A stretch of 62,203 bases of DNA from Hyphochytrium catenoides (GCA_900088475.1 FLMG01002824.1:1-62203), one strand, 5' to 3'. Shown: positions 48,542-61,039, counted from the first letter of the stretch. A program made the numbers and translations. The notes: generated from the sequence alone by a model not told the origin.

Positions 48542-51073
48542 AGTGAGACCATCAGGGATCATCAAACAGAGCTGCACAGGGGCATTGTTAAACACAGGCA
48601 GCAAGACTGGGAGATGCAAGGACGAGAAGCGTTTAGCTTTTAAAGTGAGAGAGAGAGAGGTGAAGCCAAGATTCTGTTCCCTGACTTGTGAGCATTCCAT
48701 AGCTTCTCTCTGGTCGAAGAGTGGAAGACTTGCACGTCCTCTTCCTCTCTCAGAGGAGACCGCTAAGGATAGATTCGAGGCGGGAGAGAAAGAAGAGAGC
48801 CGTCCAGTGGAAGGCAAAAATTAGATCTTGGGGCAGGAGAAGGGATGAATGGAGAGACAACCGAAATCAGACAATTCTCAAGGAAAGAGAGAGAGAGAGA
48901 GAGAGAGAACATGAGGCTGAAAGAGAGGGCCCAGAGACCACAGGACATGCAGATGGGAGAGAGATGACGCTACGTTTAGGTGAAAAGGAATGAAGCGCAA
49001 GAAACATGAGAGACGGCGAACTGCAGATAGGAGGAAAAGTGAGAGCGAGACAGAGAGAGAGAGAGTTAGAAAGGAGAGACGAGACCACTCGCTTAAAAGG
49101 AAGAGGTGATAAAGCAGAAGGAGCGAGCCCACCTCAGGCTCGAGGCCAAGGTTGTAGACGTCACTCGCGTCAGCCAGACGAACCTCGTACAGCGCTAAAG
49201 AAAGTGTGAGACACGATAGCGGAGAGTTGATGTCAGTGAGAGAGAGAGGGAAAGAGAGAAGAGGCAGAGGACCGTAAAGAGAGAGAGAAAGTGCAATGGG
49301 ACGAGGCCGTCGTGGAGGTGCCGGGAGAGAAACATTTGAGGGAGACAGAAGAGGGAGAAGAGATAAGTGACAGAACTCTGGCCATGCAGAGCAGAGAAGA
49401 AAGCCAGAGAAGGAGTCAGCAGAAGCCCATCAAACTACCTCGTTTGACTGGACTCTTGTGCGGAGTTTTGCCTTCTTTCATCTGCGCCTCTGCTTTCTTG
49501 TTCCTTGCATTTAGCCGCTGGTCAGGAAGGGATCAGGGGAGAGAGTGCTAAGACGCTATAATCAAGTGGGTTACCAAGTGGGGGAGAGAAAGAGAGGGGA
49601 GAGGGAGAGCGAGAGAGAAAGAGAGAGATGAAGAACCGCCGAGGGCGGGAGAAGAGATAGGAGAGAGAAGCGAGGGAGACTAACGGAGACTGCCAATGGA
49701 GGAGAGTAACGCAGAACGACAGCAGCTTGACCAAAAGGGAGAGTCGAAGGAAGGGTACAGAGTGTCACTTAGAGCGAAAGAAAGAGGCAGTTAAAGGAGA
49801 GTGAGAACCAAACCTTCACGTTCCTCGCCCAGGCTGCCGCGGCGTGCACTATCTCTCTCTCTCCTCGTTCTGTCCTCCGCTGTGATGTCCTGCTATCTCC
49901 TCCTCTCTCTCTTTTTGCCCTTGAGAGCGGAGAGTCGGAACCCACTTCATGAGAGAGAGACGAGGGACCAACGTTCCTTGAGACAGCACGATAAGAGGGA
50001 GAAGAGAGAGAGAAAGGACCTTCTTCTCTCCTGTCATAATCTTTCAGGTCTTTCTGAAATCCTCTCTGCTGTGCTTTACTCAGCGATCGCACAGCCTCTT
50101 CCGCCCGTTCTACTGCCTTCTCCATCTCCCACTGCTGGGTGGTTAGAAGGTAGTGAAGATCAGGGCCTGTTCTCTCTTCTTTTTCTCTCTCGTCATCTTT
50201 CTCTTCCTCCTTCTTTTCTTCGGAATCCTCCAGGTGTCTTTTGCTCTTCCTGGCAGTAGGAGGGAGGACAAAAGAAGACGGAGTGGTGCTCTTTCTCGCA
50301 GTAGATTGGGCTATTTCAGCAGGAAGAAGTGGAGGTCCGAGAGAAGAGAGACTATGGTCGTCGTCTTCTCTCTTCTCCAGTCGGTCTTCTCTTTCTCTGT
50401 CCTCTTTCTCTCCTTCTGTGGCGTGTCCTCTGGGAGGAGTCCTGTCCTTGTCATCGTTCACTTCTCTCTTTCTTTTCACTGGCTCCGTCGCTTCTCCTTG
50501 TCCTACACGGCTCATAGTCTTTCCTCTTTCTTCTGTCTCTATTCTTCTCTGTTCTCCACCTTCTCTCCCTTTACTCTTCCCACTTCCTCCTCTTTCCAAA
50601 GTGGATTTCCTCTCTCCTTCCTTTTTCAGGCGTGCCCGGCTGGGAGGTCTTTCTTCAGAAGAGAGAGAGCACGAAGAAGAAAGAGAGAGAGATTCTCCTC
50701 CTTCTCCATCTCCATTCTGGTTATTCCTTTCTTCTTTAATCGTCTTCTGCCTGTCAGCACTCTGTACAGCTTCGGCTGTCTTTATTGGGATAACCTCGGG
50801 CTGAGGCGGAGGAGAGAGGAGAGGAAGAGACTCTCCCTCGTTTGATGGAGGAGAAGAAGAAGTAGCAGAAGAGAGAGAGAGAGGTTGGCTGCCGTCTCTC
50901 TCTTCTTTCTTCAGCTCTGTAAGGCTGGAGGAAGAGAGGGAATTGGGGAGAATGACAGATTCCGCTGGTCTCTCCTCCTGACTATGGGGCACCCTCTCCA
51001 GTACCTCCTTTCTCTCTCCCTCCTGAGCTGTGAGAGAAGAGCGAGTGCTCTCAATCTTCCCCTCTTCACTCAT
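34809..51073 (-). CDS. EML/EMAP-like WD40 protein with C-terminal IQ-motif/coiled-coil region, many exons
   Basis: Low-complexity exon 1 (51073-49814); HELP-like segment VYPPEW..PPDSFLKPQRVHG (about 48000-47915); WD40 exons (LFTEHRGEISCMALSHD, ISLSFSPDGDLLAT, ALKFSPDGRLLAV, LQFDWSEDSAILQ, TWTMALGWPVQG); many IQ motifs (IQRMWRGKRARK, IQRVYRGHRGRR, IQRIARGRAARR, IQRVLRGNVARR) at 36200-39500; last exon 35035-34809. Continuity as one gene is inferred. Confidence 0.75.
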
Positions 51074-51074
51074 C

Positions 51075-51110
<36 letters not shown>

Positions 51111-52050
51111 CCTCTCACAGGAAAGAGAAGTAGAGGCAGCTAAGGTGCCTGCACGTCTCGTCCTCCTCCTCCCATTTGGACGCCTTCTGTGACCTTACGC
51201 TTTAAACGTGGTAACCCCCATCCTCTCTTCTCACACTGTCAACCTCTCTCCCTCTTTGTCTCTTTCTCTCTCCCTCCCTCCCTCTCTCCCTCTCGCTCTC
51301 TCTCTCTTTCTCCGTTCTCTCTCTCTTCTCCCTTTCTCTTCCTCTCTCTCTTGCTCTCTTGCTTACAATGGAGGGACAATATTGGGCGGTGCTGTTCCTC
51401 TTCCTAGGTCACATTCCTCTGGGCGGATGAACAGATAATGTAAAAGTGGTGCTGTCTCTCTTTTCTCATTCTCTTTCTCCTCTCTCTTCCGTCCATCTTC
51501 TCTGCGCTTCATGCCTCTCTTCTTCACAGCTCTTTCGGATTACCTTGATACCTAACCCGAGCGCGAGAGAGAGAGAGAGTGAAAGAAGCGTTGACAGGAA
51601 GAGAGATTAAGACACCTTGCTCAGAGGACCCTCTCGAGAAAGGGAGCCAATCGAGGAAGAGGGTGGAGCCAGGCAATTTCTTGGACAGTGATTACTGTCA
51701 CGGACGAAGAGAGAGAGAGAGAGAGAAAAGAGAGAGAGAGAGAGAGGAAGAGAAAGAGCGAGAGAGAGGAAGAGAGCGAGAGAGCGAGAAGAGGGGCATA
51801 AGAAGAAGGTAAAGGCTGTGTCGGTTCACTACCTAATCTATTCCCGATAAAGCTCTATGAAGCTGCTCTCATACTAAATATCAGCGATTTGCATTCCTAA
51901 TTGATCTTCAAGCTCCTCGCTTTCCTCCCTCATCTTCTCTCCTCGTTCCTCCTCCTCCCTCCTCCTCCCTCTGCTCCTTCCTCCGTCCTCTGCTCCATCC
52001 TCCTCCTTCCTCTTGCCGCTGACTCTCTCTGTCCCTCTCCTCCTCCCTTT
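35780..52050. repeat. (GA/CT)n microsatellite-saturated block 2
   Basis: Tracts at e.g. 38420-38540, 41180-41310, 43460-43510, 51070-51360 and 51708-51790; nearly every EML intron is polypurine on the + strand. Confidence 0.9.
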
Positions 52051-52179
52051 CTCCTGATCGTCCTCCTACACGTAGGAGCCCATCTACTTCACTGCTCGCC
52101 TTCCTCCAACCGTCATTCGTTTTGGGGTTCTTGTTAGTCTCTCTCTTTTACTGCTAAAGGCGCAGGAAGATCCTCGAGC

Positions 52180-52258
52180 TGACTGCCATGACCACCAGCC
52201 TGCATCCTGATGATTCTAGCAGTAAGATCCTGACTGCCATGACCACCATCTGCATCCT
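52180..52258 (+). repeat. Short direct repeat (2 x about 29 bp)
   Basis: TGACTGCCATGACCACCAGCCTGCATCCT at 52180 and TGACTGCCATGACCACCATCTGCATCCT at 52231. Confidence 0.85.
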
Positions 52259-52688
52259 CCTGAAGACTTTACGGAGCAACAACAGGCTTTTGCCTAAGCA
52301 GGTGGAATGAGAACGGGTAGAAGTATGATGGCAAAATCAGGCACAATCTTTATCGCTAACAACGACAATCACAATAGCCACCAAAGAGGTTTATGCAGAA
52401 GAGGAGTCTACGTTGTTACTGTTTGTTGATTTGTTCGAGGCGGAGTGTCGCACTATTAGCAAATAAATCACCACTTACTTCCCGACGAACGGACTGACAG
52501 CTCAGAGCTCGCGGGTTGCTCGGTGTGTGACTACAAGGCACTGCTGCGCACTGCTGTCGTGCTTACCAGGTAAGTAAGAGAAGCGGTGAGTAGGGAGGTG
52601 GCGGTGACTGAGGTCTATCCCTTCTTCCGAGCAGCAAAGAAGACTGAGAAAGAGAGGCTCTCGCTCGTGGTTTCCCGGTGATGTCATC

Positions 52689-55600
52689 ATGATGGAAGCA
52701 AGCAGTGAGCCAGACTCTGGTTCCCCGACCACGGAGCAGTCTCGCCTATTGCAGGCACGAGCATCGAGCAAAACATCGAGTACTATCATGGGAACAGTAC
52801 GCCAGTACTGCTCCTCCTATCGACAAGTCATGCCAACAGCCACGCTAGATGAGGCACAGGAGGAGCAGTCTTCTGCTAACTACGGCTCCTCATCGCCGAC
52901 GATGCAGAAGCAACATCGAATGTCCTTCCTCTCGTCTCACTGCGCTTTAGAGGCCCTGAAGGGATCTCGCACGGTCTGGACTGATCCTGCTTTCGATCTC
53001 CGGCATCCCTCTGGCACCATTAGAGTCTTCCTATCCTCTACCTTTACAGATACTGTGATGGAGAGAAACAAGATAATTCAAGTTGTCGCCCCAAAGCTCC
53101 AGGAGTACGGAGATGGTAAGGGTATACGAGTACAGTTAGTAGAAATGAGATGGGGGATTCAAGATATGGCCACCAACAGCCATCTTACGTGGGACATCTG
53201 TCGCGAGGAGCTCCAGCGTTGCATCGACATCTCGATGGGAATCTTCTTTGTCAGTCTGGTATCAGAGAAGTATGGATGGCGGCCTATACCACGAAGCATA
53301 TCAGAGGGCAATTGGAACATTATTCAGTCAAAGTCGATGAGCGCTCTCTTCTCCTCCTCCCCCTCATTGTCATCGGATTCTCAACCTATTCCTTCATCAA
53401 GCTCTCTGGGTGAGGAGTATCAACAACGATTCCAAGATCTTCATCAACTTTATGCGAAAGACGAGAACTGCATTCCCCCTGTTTGGACGCTGAAGCCGCT
53501 CGTTTCTCCCGAAGACAAAGCTCGTTATTATGGTTTGAGTGAGCCGTGTCGGCGTTATCTTGCTCTTTGTGTTCCGGACTGGGACATTAACCAGAGCGTC
53601 ACACATTGGGAAACGAATATGGCGCTTCAGACTCGTGAGCGCGACCGTATCCTCTGGATTCGTCGAGTGTTCAACGATTTTAGCGAGTGGTCGTGTAACC
53701 CCAAGTGCCGAGACTTCGTCGACTTTACCCCGGTCAATGCCCCAGATCTAGAGGCCAGAGAGTGGCTCAGGCATGTTTTGCACAAGGATCTTGCGGCAGG
53801 AGCTGGCCATATCATCGAGTTACAAGCGTCTCTGGTAAGGATGGTGGTAAAGAGGAAGGCTCGTCCAGAAAACAGTGGCAGAGCCCTGGTAGAAGAAGAC
53901 GAAGTGGAAGCGTTTACACCTTCAGAGTCGTATCTCAACCAACTTTGCGATTGCTTGCTAAAGCGGCTGAAGGAAGAAGTAAATAGCGCCGCGGTAATTT
54001 TACACGACTGGAAGTTATCGGCGGCGGCCATGGGGTTCAATGAGCCGGACGTGATGATGAAGGAATGTTTGCACCACATTGCTTGGGCTAAGCAGAAGCA
54101 GCAGTCCTTCTTCGGAAGACAAGCTCTCCTGGAGCAAATCGTCTCCTCCGTACAACGACAGTTGGCTCAGAGCTACGAATTGGAAGAAGGTTTCAGCTCC
54201 ACAGAACATTGCCATCTGCTGTTCTCTTACCGCACCCTTGTTCAAGGATGCAGTCTCTGCAGGGCTCTTGAGAAGTATGGTGGAGAAAGCGGAGGAGGAG
54301 CAGACGAGGAATGCGAAGAGTATGGTTGTCGAGTTTGTGCTTTGAGCTTTAGCGCTTGCCCCACCTGTCAGGCCAAACTGACGGTCAGGAAAGGTACACC
54401 ACCCGTAAAGGTAATGAAGTTGAGCTCCGCCTTCCATCATCCTGCACACGAACACCCTCTTACATCAGAGCTAGCAAAAGGTCAAGCACGTCGATGCGAT
54501 ATTTGCGACAAAGGAACCGCGGACACGGCGTGTTGGTATCAATGCCGACAATGCGGCTTTGATCTCTGTGACAAGTGCATGGATGCAAAGCCTTACGTGA
54601 AAGAGAAGGTCTCTGAAAGTGGCTACGTGTTCCCTTCTCGTTTCTTAGTCCTAGTTGGCGGATCGGGAAGCGGGAAATCAGCCTTATTATCAATGGTGGG
54701 GAAGGCTTTATCGGAAGCTTTGGACAATGAGAGCACCTGGATTATTTTTCGCTTCTGTGGAACAAGTGCGCTGAGTAAGACACGACATGATGTTATCAGG
54801 TCCATCGTCCAGCAGCTGGCGGCGATACTTGGGGAGACGGCACCTCTTCCTACTACATATGGAAGCCTGGTCACAGTCTTCTACACCCTCTTGACAAAGA
54901 TCCCGCAGGATCGGACGCTTATCGTCGTCATGGACAGTCTTGATCAGCTGGCTGACTCGGGAGAAGCGGGGATCAACGAGCTTCAGTTCCTGCCTGTTAA
55001 TTGCTGTCCCTCAAACGTATTCTTCCTTCTCTCCTGCCTGTCGGACCACGAGAAGGGTGGCGTTGGCTACGAACAAGGCCTTCGTCAGCTAGGAATACCC
55101 ACAGTAACAGTTTGTCCACTGGATGAGACCGACGGATGCGCGATCTTAACTGGGATGTTACAATATGCTCAGCGGCAAGTGCTCAACGAGGGACTTCTGA
55201 CCGCTATGATGTCATCTGCTCGGGATGGCAGCAGTACTCCACTCTTACTGCACTTGATTGTCGTCATATCCAAGAAATTTGCCTCTTATGACCTGATACC
55301 TACGACCTCGTTTACAAAAGGAGTCAAGGAGGCCGTTGCTTTCATCTTGGACGATCTGGAGTTAAATATGGGCAAACGTCTTGTTTCCCACACTCTCTCT
55401 TACGTGACCTTTTCCCGCTTCGGAGTGTCAGAAGATGAGCTACTCGACCTTCTGACGCTGGATGACGAAGTCTTGAAAGAGACCTTTCAGTACTGGGTCC
55501 CACCTATCCATCGCATGCCGCAGCTTCCACTATTTCGTCTCTTGCAGTCATTGGGCGATCTCATCGTCGTAATGAAGGGGAATTGTATTCAATGGCATCA

Positions 55601-58261
55601 TCGCCAGATCTTGGAGTGCGCTAAAGAAAGGTACATAGACTTGGAGATTCGGACACGGAAACGTCTGTCGGATTACTTTACCAATGCGGTGGGTGTCACC
55701 CTGCGGGAAAGTAGGCTTGTTAAGCCCCAGATGCTGTTTAAGGACGGAGATCATCGACAACCTAATTTGAGGCGCTGCCATGAAGGTGGATACCAGCTCA
55801 CGAAGTTGCTACTCAAGGCAATTGGAAAACCCATGCAACAAGTTCTGCACGAGCCACAGCTACCAGAAGCCACTATTACTAAAGATGGCTGTCGTGGTGG
55901 CGAGAAGCAAGAAGAAGTATGCGCACTGGAAGCGTCAACTAAGCTTGTTCAAGAGCTTTGTACGCTTGAAGCAGTTGAGGCTCGAGCAAAAATGAAAGAC
56001 GACGAGCTATTTCTGGCCGTCTCATCATTGATAGCTGTCCAAAATTTTCTTCGGTCGTCTGTTGATTGCCAATCTTCTACCCCCCACGGTGAAAATGCGG
56101 TGCTGGAGCTCACGAAGTCGGCAACAGATTTCCTCTATTGGATACGGCAAAGTGGTCATTTGTTGAAAAGAAACTCGTCAATGCTGTTTGCCTCGGCAAT
56201 TACTCAGCCATGTAGTCTGTCTCTAGTACACGACATGGCAACTGCTGCGTTCAGAGATCGGTCTTCTGGGAACTTTGGCCGAATCTGGTGTCGGATCTTG
56301 CCAGTCGTGAGAAGCTTTGACAAGTGCATGTTCAAGCTGGAAGGCCATACGGCTGATGCTACAGGTGTTGCCATCACCGCTGACGGCCAGTTGGCGGTGT
56401 CTGCGTCTTCAGACACTACCATTCGAGTGTGGCGTTTGCATTCGGGAATCTGCGAGAAGACCATGACAGGCCATAGCGCACCTATAACCAGCGTGACTGT
56501 GACAGAGGACTGCAGGAAGGTGGTATCTGCCTCCTACGACAGAACCATTGGCGTGTGGGATCTCAATACGGGCTTCTGTCAGGGCAGACTTCGAGGACAT
56601 ACCTCGACAGTGACCAGCGTCGTAGCCTCTTCTGTGAATCAGAGCTGTCTAGTTCTGCTCTCTGGGTCCAGGGATAAGACACTGAGAGTTTGGCATCTCC
56701 CAGCTGGCACCGACGACTATTCAGATGAGCGCAGTATCGTGCTAGAGGGGCACGCTGGTGGCGTCTTGACTGTCGCACTGACTCCAGATGGCAGGAGAGC
56801 CATCTCAGGATCAGAGGACATGACGATTCGTCTTTGGTACATTGCTGACGGCGGCCGAGTATGTCAGGGCGTGCTCGCTGCCCACTGTGACGCTGTATCT
56901 ACTGTCATCGCCACTGCAGATGGGAGAAAGATCGTGTCTGGGTCCGCGGATAAGACTCTTCGAATATGGGATATCGGAACAGGAGTCTGTGAGAGGACTG
57001 TTGACTGCAGCTCCTCTGGCGATGAGATCCGCAGCGTTGCAGTGACGGCAGATGGCCTGCGAGCCATCGTTGGATTTGACTGGAAGACTGCGTCAATTTG
57101 GAACTTGCAGACTTCATCTTGTGAACAGTTGCTTGAAGGCCATTCAGCTTCGATAACATGTGTCGCTATTGCTCCAAATGGGTGGCATGGAGTATCCGCA
57201 TCAGAGGACACCACAGTCCGCGTCTGGAATTTGCGTTACTCCGAGTCTGTTGCTCACACAGGTGCACGCGATGATGATGAGGTAAAAGAAGAAGAAAGAG
57301 CAGGGCAAGAAGAGGAGGGTCATACACTTTGGGTAAGCTGCGTCGCACTGACAACCGATGACAGGAAAGTCATATCCGGATCTTATGATACCACAATTCG
57401 AGTCTGGGACATCGAGACGGGTGAGTGTGAAAGAACTCTGGAGGGCCACTTGCGTACTGTCAGTACCATCGTCATAACCCCGGATGGAACCCGTCTACTC
57501 TCAGGATCGATTGACAAGACTATCCGCCTTTGGGATCTTTCTTCTGGTGAATGCATCGACGAAACAAGGCTTCCGAAAGCCCCTGCTACTGAGAATTCGT
57601 CCTCAAATTCAACAGCGTCCTCTGAAGCTCGTATCCAGAGTCTCGCCTTGACCGCCGACGGCAGAACCTTAGTAGTCGGATCGGGATGCGGTGGGGTGTT
57701 CCTCTGTCGTCTGTCGCCTACATCTGGAAAAATAGAGGAACAGAAGACGATGGGTACCCACTCCGACGCTGTGACGAGCGTGTACGTCTTGCCAAATGGG
57801 GGCAAGGCCGTCTCTGGATCGCACGATAACACTATTCGTGTCTGGAGCCTTCAGAGTGAACAGTGCGAGGAGCAAACGCTTGTGGCACATGATGACGTCG
57901 TGAGTGACGTTCTTCTCATAAAAGCAGGAAACTAGTAATATCAAGCTCGTGGGATAGCACCATTCGGATTTGGGACGTGGCATCCGGAGTTTGCCAAGGG
58001 ATATATCGAGGACATTCTGGCCGAGTAATGAGTCTGGTCCTGAGCAACGATGGAGCTAAGATGGCTTCTGCCTCTGAAGACCGAACTGTCAAGATATGGG
58101 ATCTACCTTCAGGGCAATGTGAGGTCACTTTAGAGGGCGATAGCTCTGCAGTGATGTGCGTAGCATTCGCTCACAAGTTCTCTTGCGAAGGCAGTCTAGA
58201 ACATAGGAAGCTTGTGTCCGGGTCGCAGGACAACACGGTCCGGATATGGCAACTTACTTGA
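52689..58261 (+). CDS. DUF4062-NACHT-WD40 STAND NTPase (NWD1/NWD2-like), intronless, with a 1-nt frameshift near 57920-57935
   Basis: IRVFLSSTFTD..ER..VEMRWGI..ICREELQRC..KYGWRPIP (53019-53291); FFGR (54108); Walker A GGSGSGKS (54657-54680); IFRFCGTS; Walker B IVVMDSLDQL (54921-54950); GVSEDELLDLLTLDDEVL; WHHRQ; then about 13 WD40 repeats from about 56330. The main frame stops at 57935 but WD40 repeats continue in a shifted frame to TGA 58261. Confidence 0.93.
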
Positions 58262-58729
58262 TACGGACTATGTCAAGGAATTTCAAAAGGAGGTGTGAAT
58301 GTTATGATGATTAGTGATCAGATCACGGTGAGACTTGCGGGGAAGAGGCGAGTCTTTGTTTTGAAAGCATATTTTCCTTCTGCTCACCTGGATGTCGTGA
58401 CAAGAGCTCACAGATGTATAAGCCTCTGACTGACTGGGGGATCAAGTGGCGCCTAAAATTACTAGCCTAGGAGCTCTCCTTGCCGGCTGGCTGGATCAAG
58501 CGGAAGGAGCCTCTTGGCTCCCTTGGCCTAGGCGCATAGGTAATAGTAGCCGTGTGCTAACTCACTAACTAACAAAGAACTAAGGGATAAAGTACTATAA
58601 CCCTTGCCACCCCAAGAACTTCAGAAAATATACCTACTACTATCTACCTCTAGCATAGAAGAGTCCAACGCAGCGATGTGCGGGCGGGTGGTTGCCTGTT
58701 CTGGGGCATTGCTGCATAAGTCTAGTCAG

Positions 58730-60160
58730 GTGTGCCTCCCCTAACACCCGTTGCCGCTATGTCTAGGTTCTCTGGCCGTCCACTTTATCTGATTCCCTTG
58801 TCGTGTGGCACTAAGACTTCCCCTGGTCCCTTCAAAAGAGTTATTGATCGCCCTGCGTTTTGCCTTTCTCCATCTTCATCCCTCTCCTTTCGCGCCTATT
58901 GGTTCCGGCCCTCATTGACAGCTTCCACAACGTGTCTCACCCCTGAAGAAGTAGCTGAACACGATGGATCGGGTCCACCAAAAGGATATTGCTTGACATC
59001 AGCAGCACTGTCTTTGATGTCACGGGAGGGCCAACAATGCATTATACCACGGTACTTACTACCACCCTCTTTTTATAATAATGGCATCGGCTGACGCTTG
59101 GAATAGTATTTGGGAGGGAGGATACTCCTTCTTCTCAGGAAACACACGGCTCGGGCATTCGTGACTGGCTGCTTTGACGCCCACCTCACGCATGACGGGC
59201 CGAGGACTGTCAGGCGCTCGGATTGCGGTGAGTAATATCGATGAATGAGAGAAGTACAAAGCAATGGTCCTCAGGAATAGTAGTCGGAGAGGGATTGCAG
59301 TTAGACGCGGCCGTATGGAGCGGAGAAATGACGAGTGACCAACATAAGCACTGGGGTCCGAGGAAGTTGAGAGAAGCATGACTGGGATGCTGTGATGATC
59401 TCACTAAGACCCCTGCAGGAGATTGAAACATGGGTGGACTTCTACAACCAGCACATACTTTACTTCCCTGTGGGCAACGTGTCGCACCCGCCCATAGATC
59501 CGGATAGTCCCCTCCCCGAGCCGTGTTGCTAGGCGTTTGGACGGCTCCTCCCACCTCTCTCTCTGCCCGTTCCTGCTCCACCTCCAACCTCTACATACAT
59601 GATAGCTAGGTAAAAAAGGTGCTTTTGTCACATTAGAGGTCAAGGGCGAGTGTTATGCTTCCATCCTCAGTGAGGGTCCTCTCTGCAGCGAAGCTCTAAT
59701 CACAAGCTCTATAATGGATGGCTAGTTTAGGAGCTAGGCTTTCTCTGCGTGCCGCTATTAGGAGAACCTAGCCTTCAGAGTGGAGCAGTGTGGTATGGCC
59801 TTCCTGGCCCACTTTGCCGCCCCTCCGCAACAACTCGAAGCCTCAAAGCTCATCACCTATCATCAATCCCATCACCGCCTCAGATTTGTGTCGTTAGGAG
59901 ATGCTAGCCTTCAAAGTTAAGCAATATGGTATGGCTTTCCTGGCCCATTATGGCGCTCCTGCTCAAGAAGTAGGAGCCACAAGGCTCATCGCCGATCATC
60001 AGTCCCTACAACGGCTAAATTAGTCTCGTCCCACCTGGGGTGTGCTTTGCCTGCTTGTCCTTGTGTCCTGCGAGCTGCAGTCGGTGGTCAACTTCTCGCG
60101 CGCCTGCGCAGTGAGCGTCGTGCAAACCTTATCTACGTCATGACGATGCCCCTGTCGGTT
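58730..60160 (+). mobile_element. Heavily decayed Ty3/gypsy-type pol (RT-RNase H) remnant
   Basis: Collinear degenerate motifs across frameshifts: GTKTSPGPFKRVID (58807; cf. FGLKNAPATFQRLMD), WVDFYNQHILYF (59431; cf. LVNYYRRFIPNF), RVLSAAK (59673; cf. SRxLSxAE), EMLAF..LIADHQSLQRL (59898-60017; cf. ELLA..TDHxSL) and DA-LS (60145; cf. ADALSR). Confidence 0.6.
59757..60020 (+). repeat. Diverged tandem duplication, period about 137 bp
   Basis: TTAGGAGAACCTAGCCTTCAGAG..TGGTATGGCCTTCCTGGCCCAC..GCTCATCACCTATCATCAATCCC versus TTAGGAGATGCTAGCCTTCAAAG..TGGTATGGCTTTCCTGGCCCAT..GCTCATCGCCGATCATCAGTCCC. Confidence 0.85.
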
Positions 60161-60379
60161 CAAGCGTGACTGAATTGGTTGGCTGTTCTGCTGAATGATA
60201 GCGCCTGGTCAAGACACTGCATCAAGGCCAACTGCCCTTGCGCACTTGTGAGCGTCTTATAGGAACGGCTCTGAGTGCCAGTGTCAGGCTACTACAAGTA
60301 GAGTTGTACTGCCTAACTGATGAGCAGCGACATTGAGTCTCTCCTGGCGCCCGCCGCCGCCGGCTCTGGTGCTCTTCTT

Positions 60380-60380
60380 G

Positions 60381-60417
<37 letters not shown>

Positions 60418-61008
60418 TCTCTCTCGTCTTGCTCTCTTCAGCCTAGCATTGACCCTCTACCCCACTCCGCGATGGTGGCACCAGCCGTCAAACCGTAGCA
60501 TCTATGAGGGAGGGATGGTTAGAGATGAGTAAAACTAGAAGTCCAGTGGGATGCTGGCTCCTCTCTGGCCATCGGGCAACGACAGGCCCCTTCTCTCCGT
60601 AACAGAAGTAAGAAAGGAAGATAGCGGACGCAAGCGTTCGAGGCAAGAGATAAATTGTAAGAGCAGTGTGGAATGGCACAGAGAGAGAGAGAGAGAGAGG
60701 AGAGGAGAGAGAGACACGATGGACATAGCAATTTCCTTGTTAATGACTTATTTCGAAGGCCCTAAGTCTGCTTGACACGATCGCTTCTTTGTTTGTTGGA
60801 CAGGAGGAGACATAGAAGAAGGTAAGAAGGCTCGTAGGTGAAGAAGAGAAACGACACATTTGAAGAAAAAGAGAGGAAATAAAGAGAGGAATTAGAGAGA
60901 GAGAGAGAGAGAGGAGAAAAATATGAGAGGTTTTGAGAAAAAGGAGAGAGAGAAAAAGAGCCCGCAAGATAGAGGTAAATTCTCTGCTGCTTCACCTCAT
61001 GACTCCTA

Positions 61009-61039
<31 letters not shown>

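Noticed and set aside
52180-52258. CRISPR-like repeat-spacer-repeat
   Set aside because: Only two copies, eukaryotic context and no cas genes.
57933-57938. Stop-codon readthrough or an alternative genetic code at TAG TAA in the STAND gene
   Set aside because: The continuation is in a different frame, and other genes use TAA, TAG and TGA as normal stops.
60320-61000. Possible small gene between the pol remnant and the aquaporin
   Set aside because: No consistent spliced frame or recognisable motif could be assembled.
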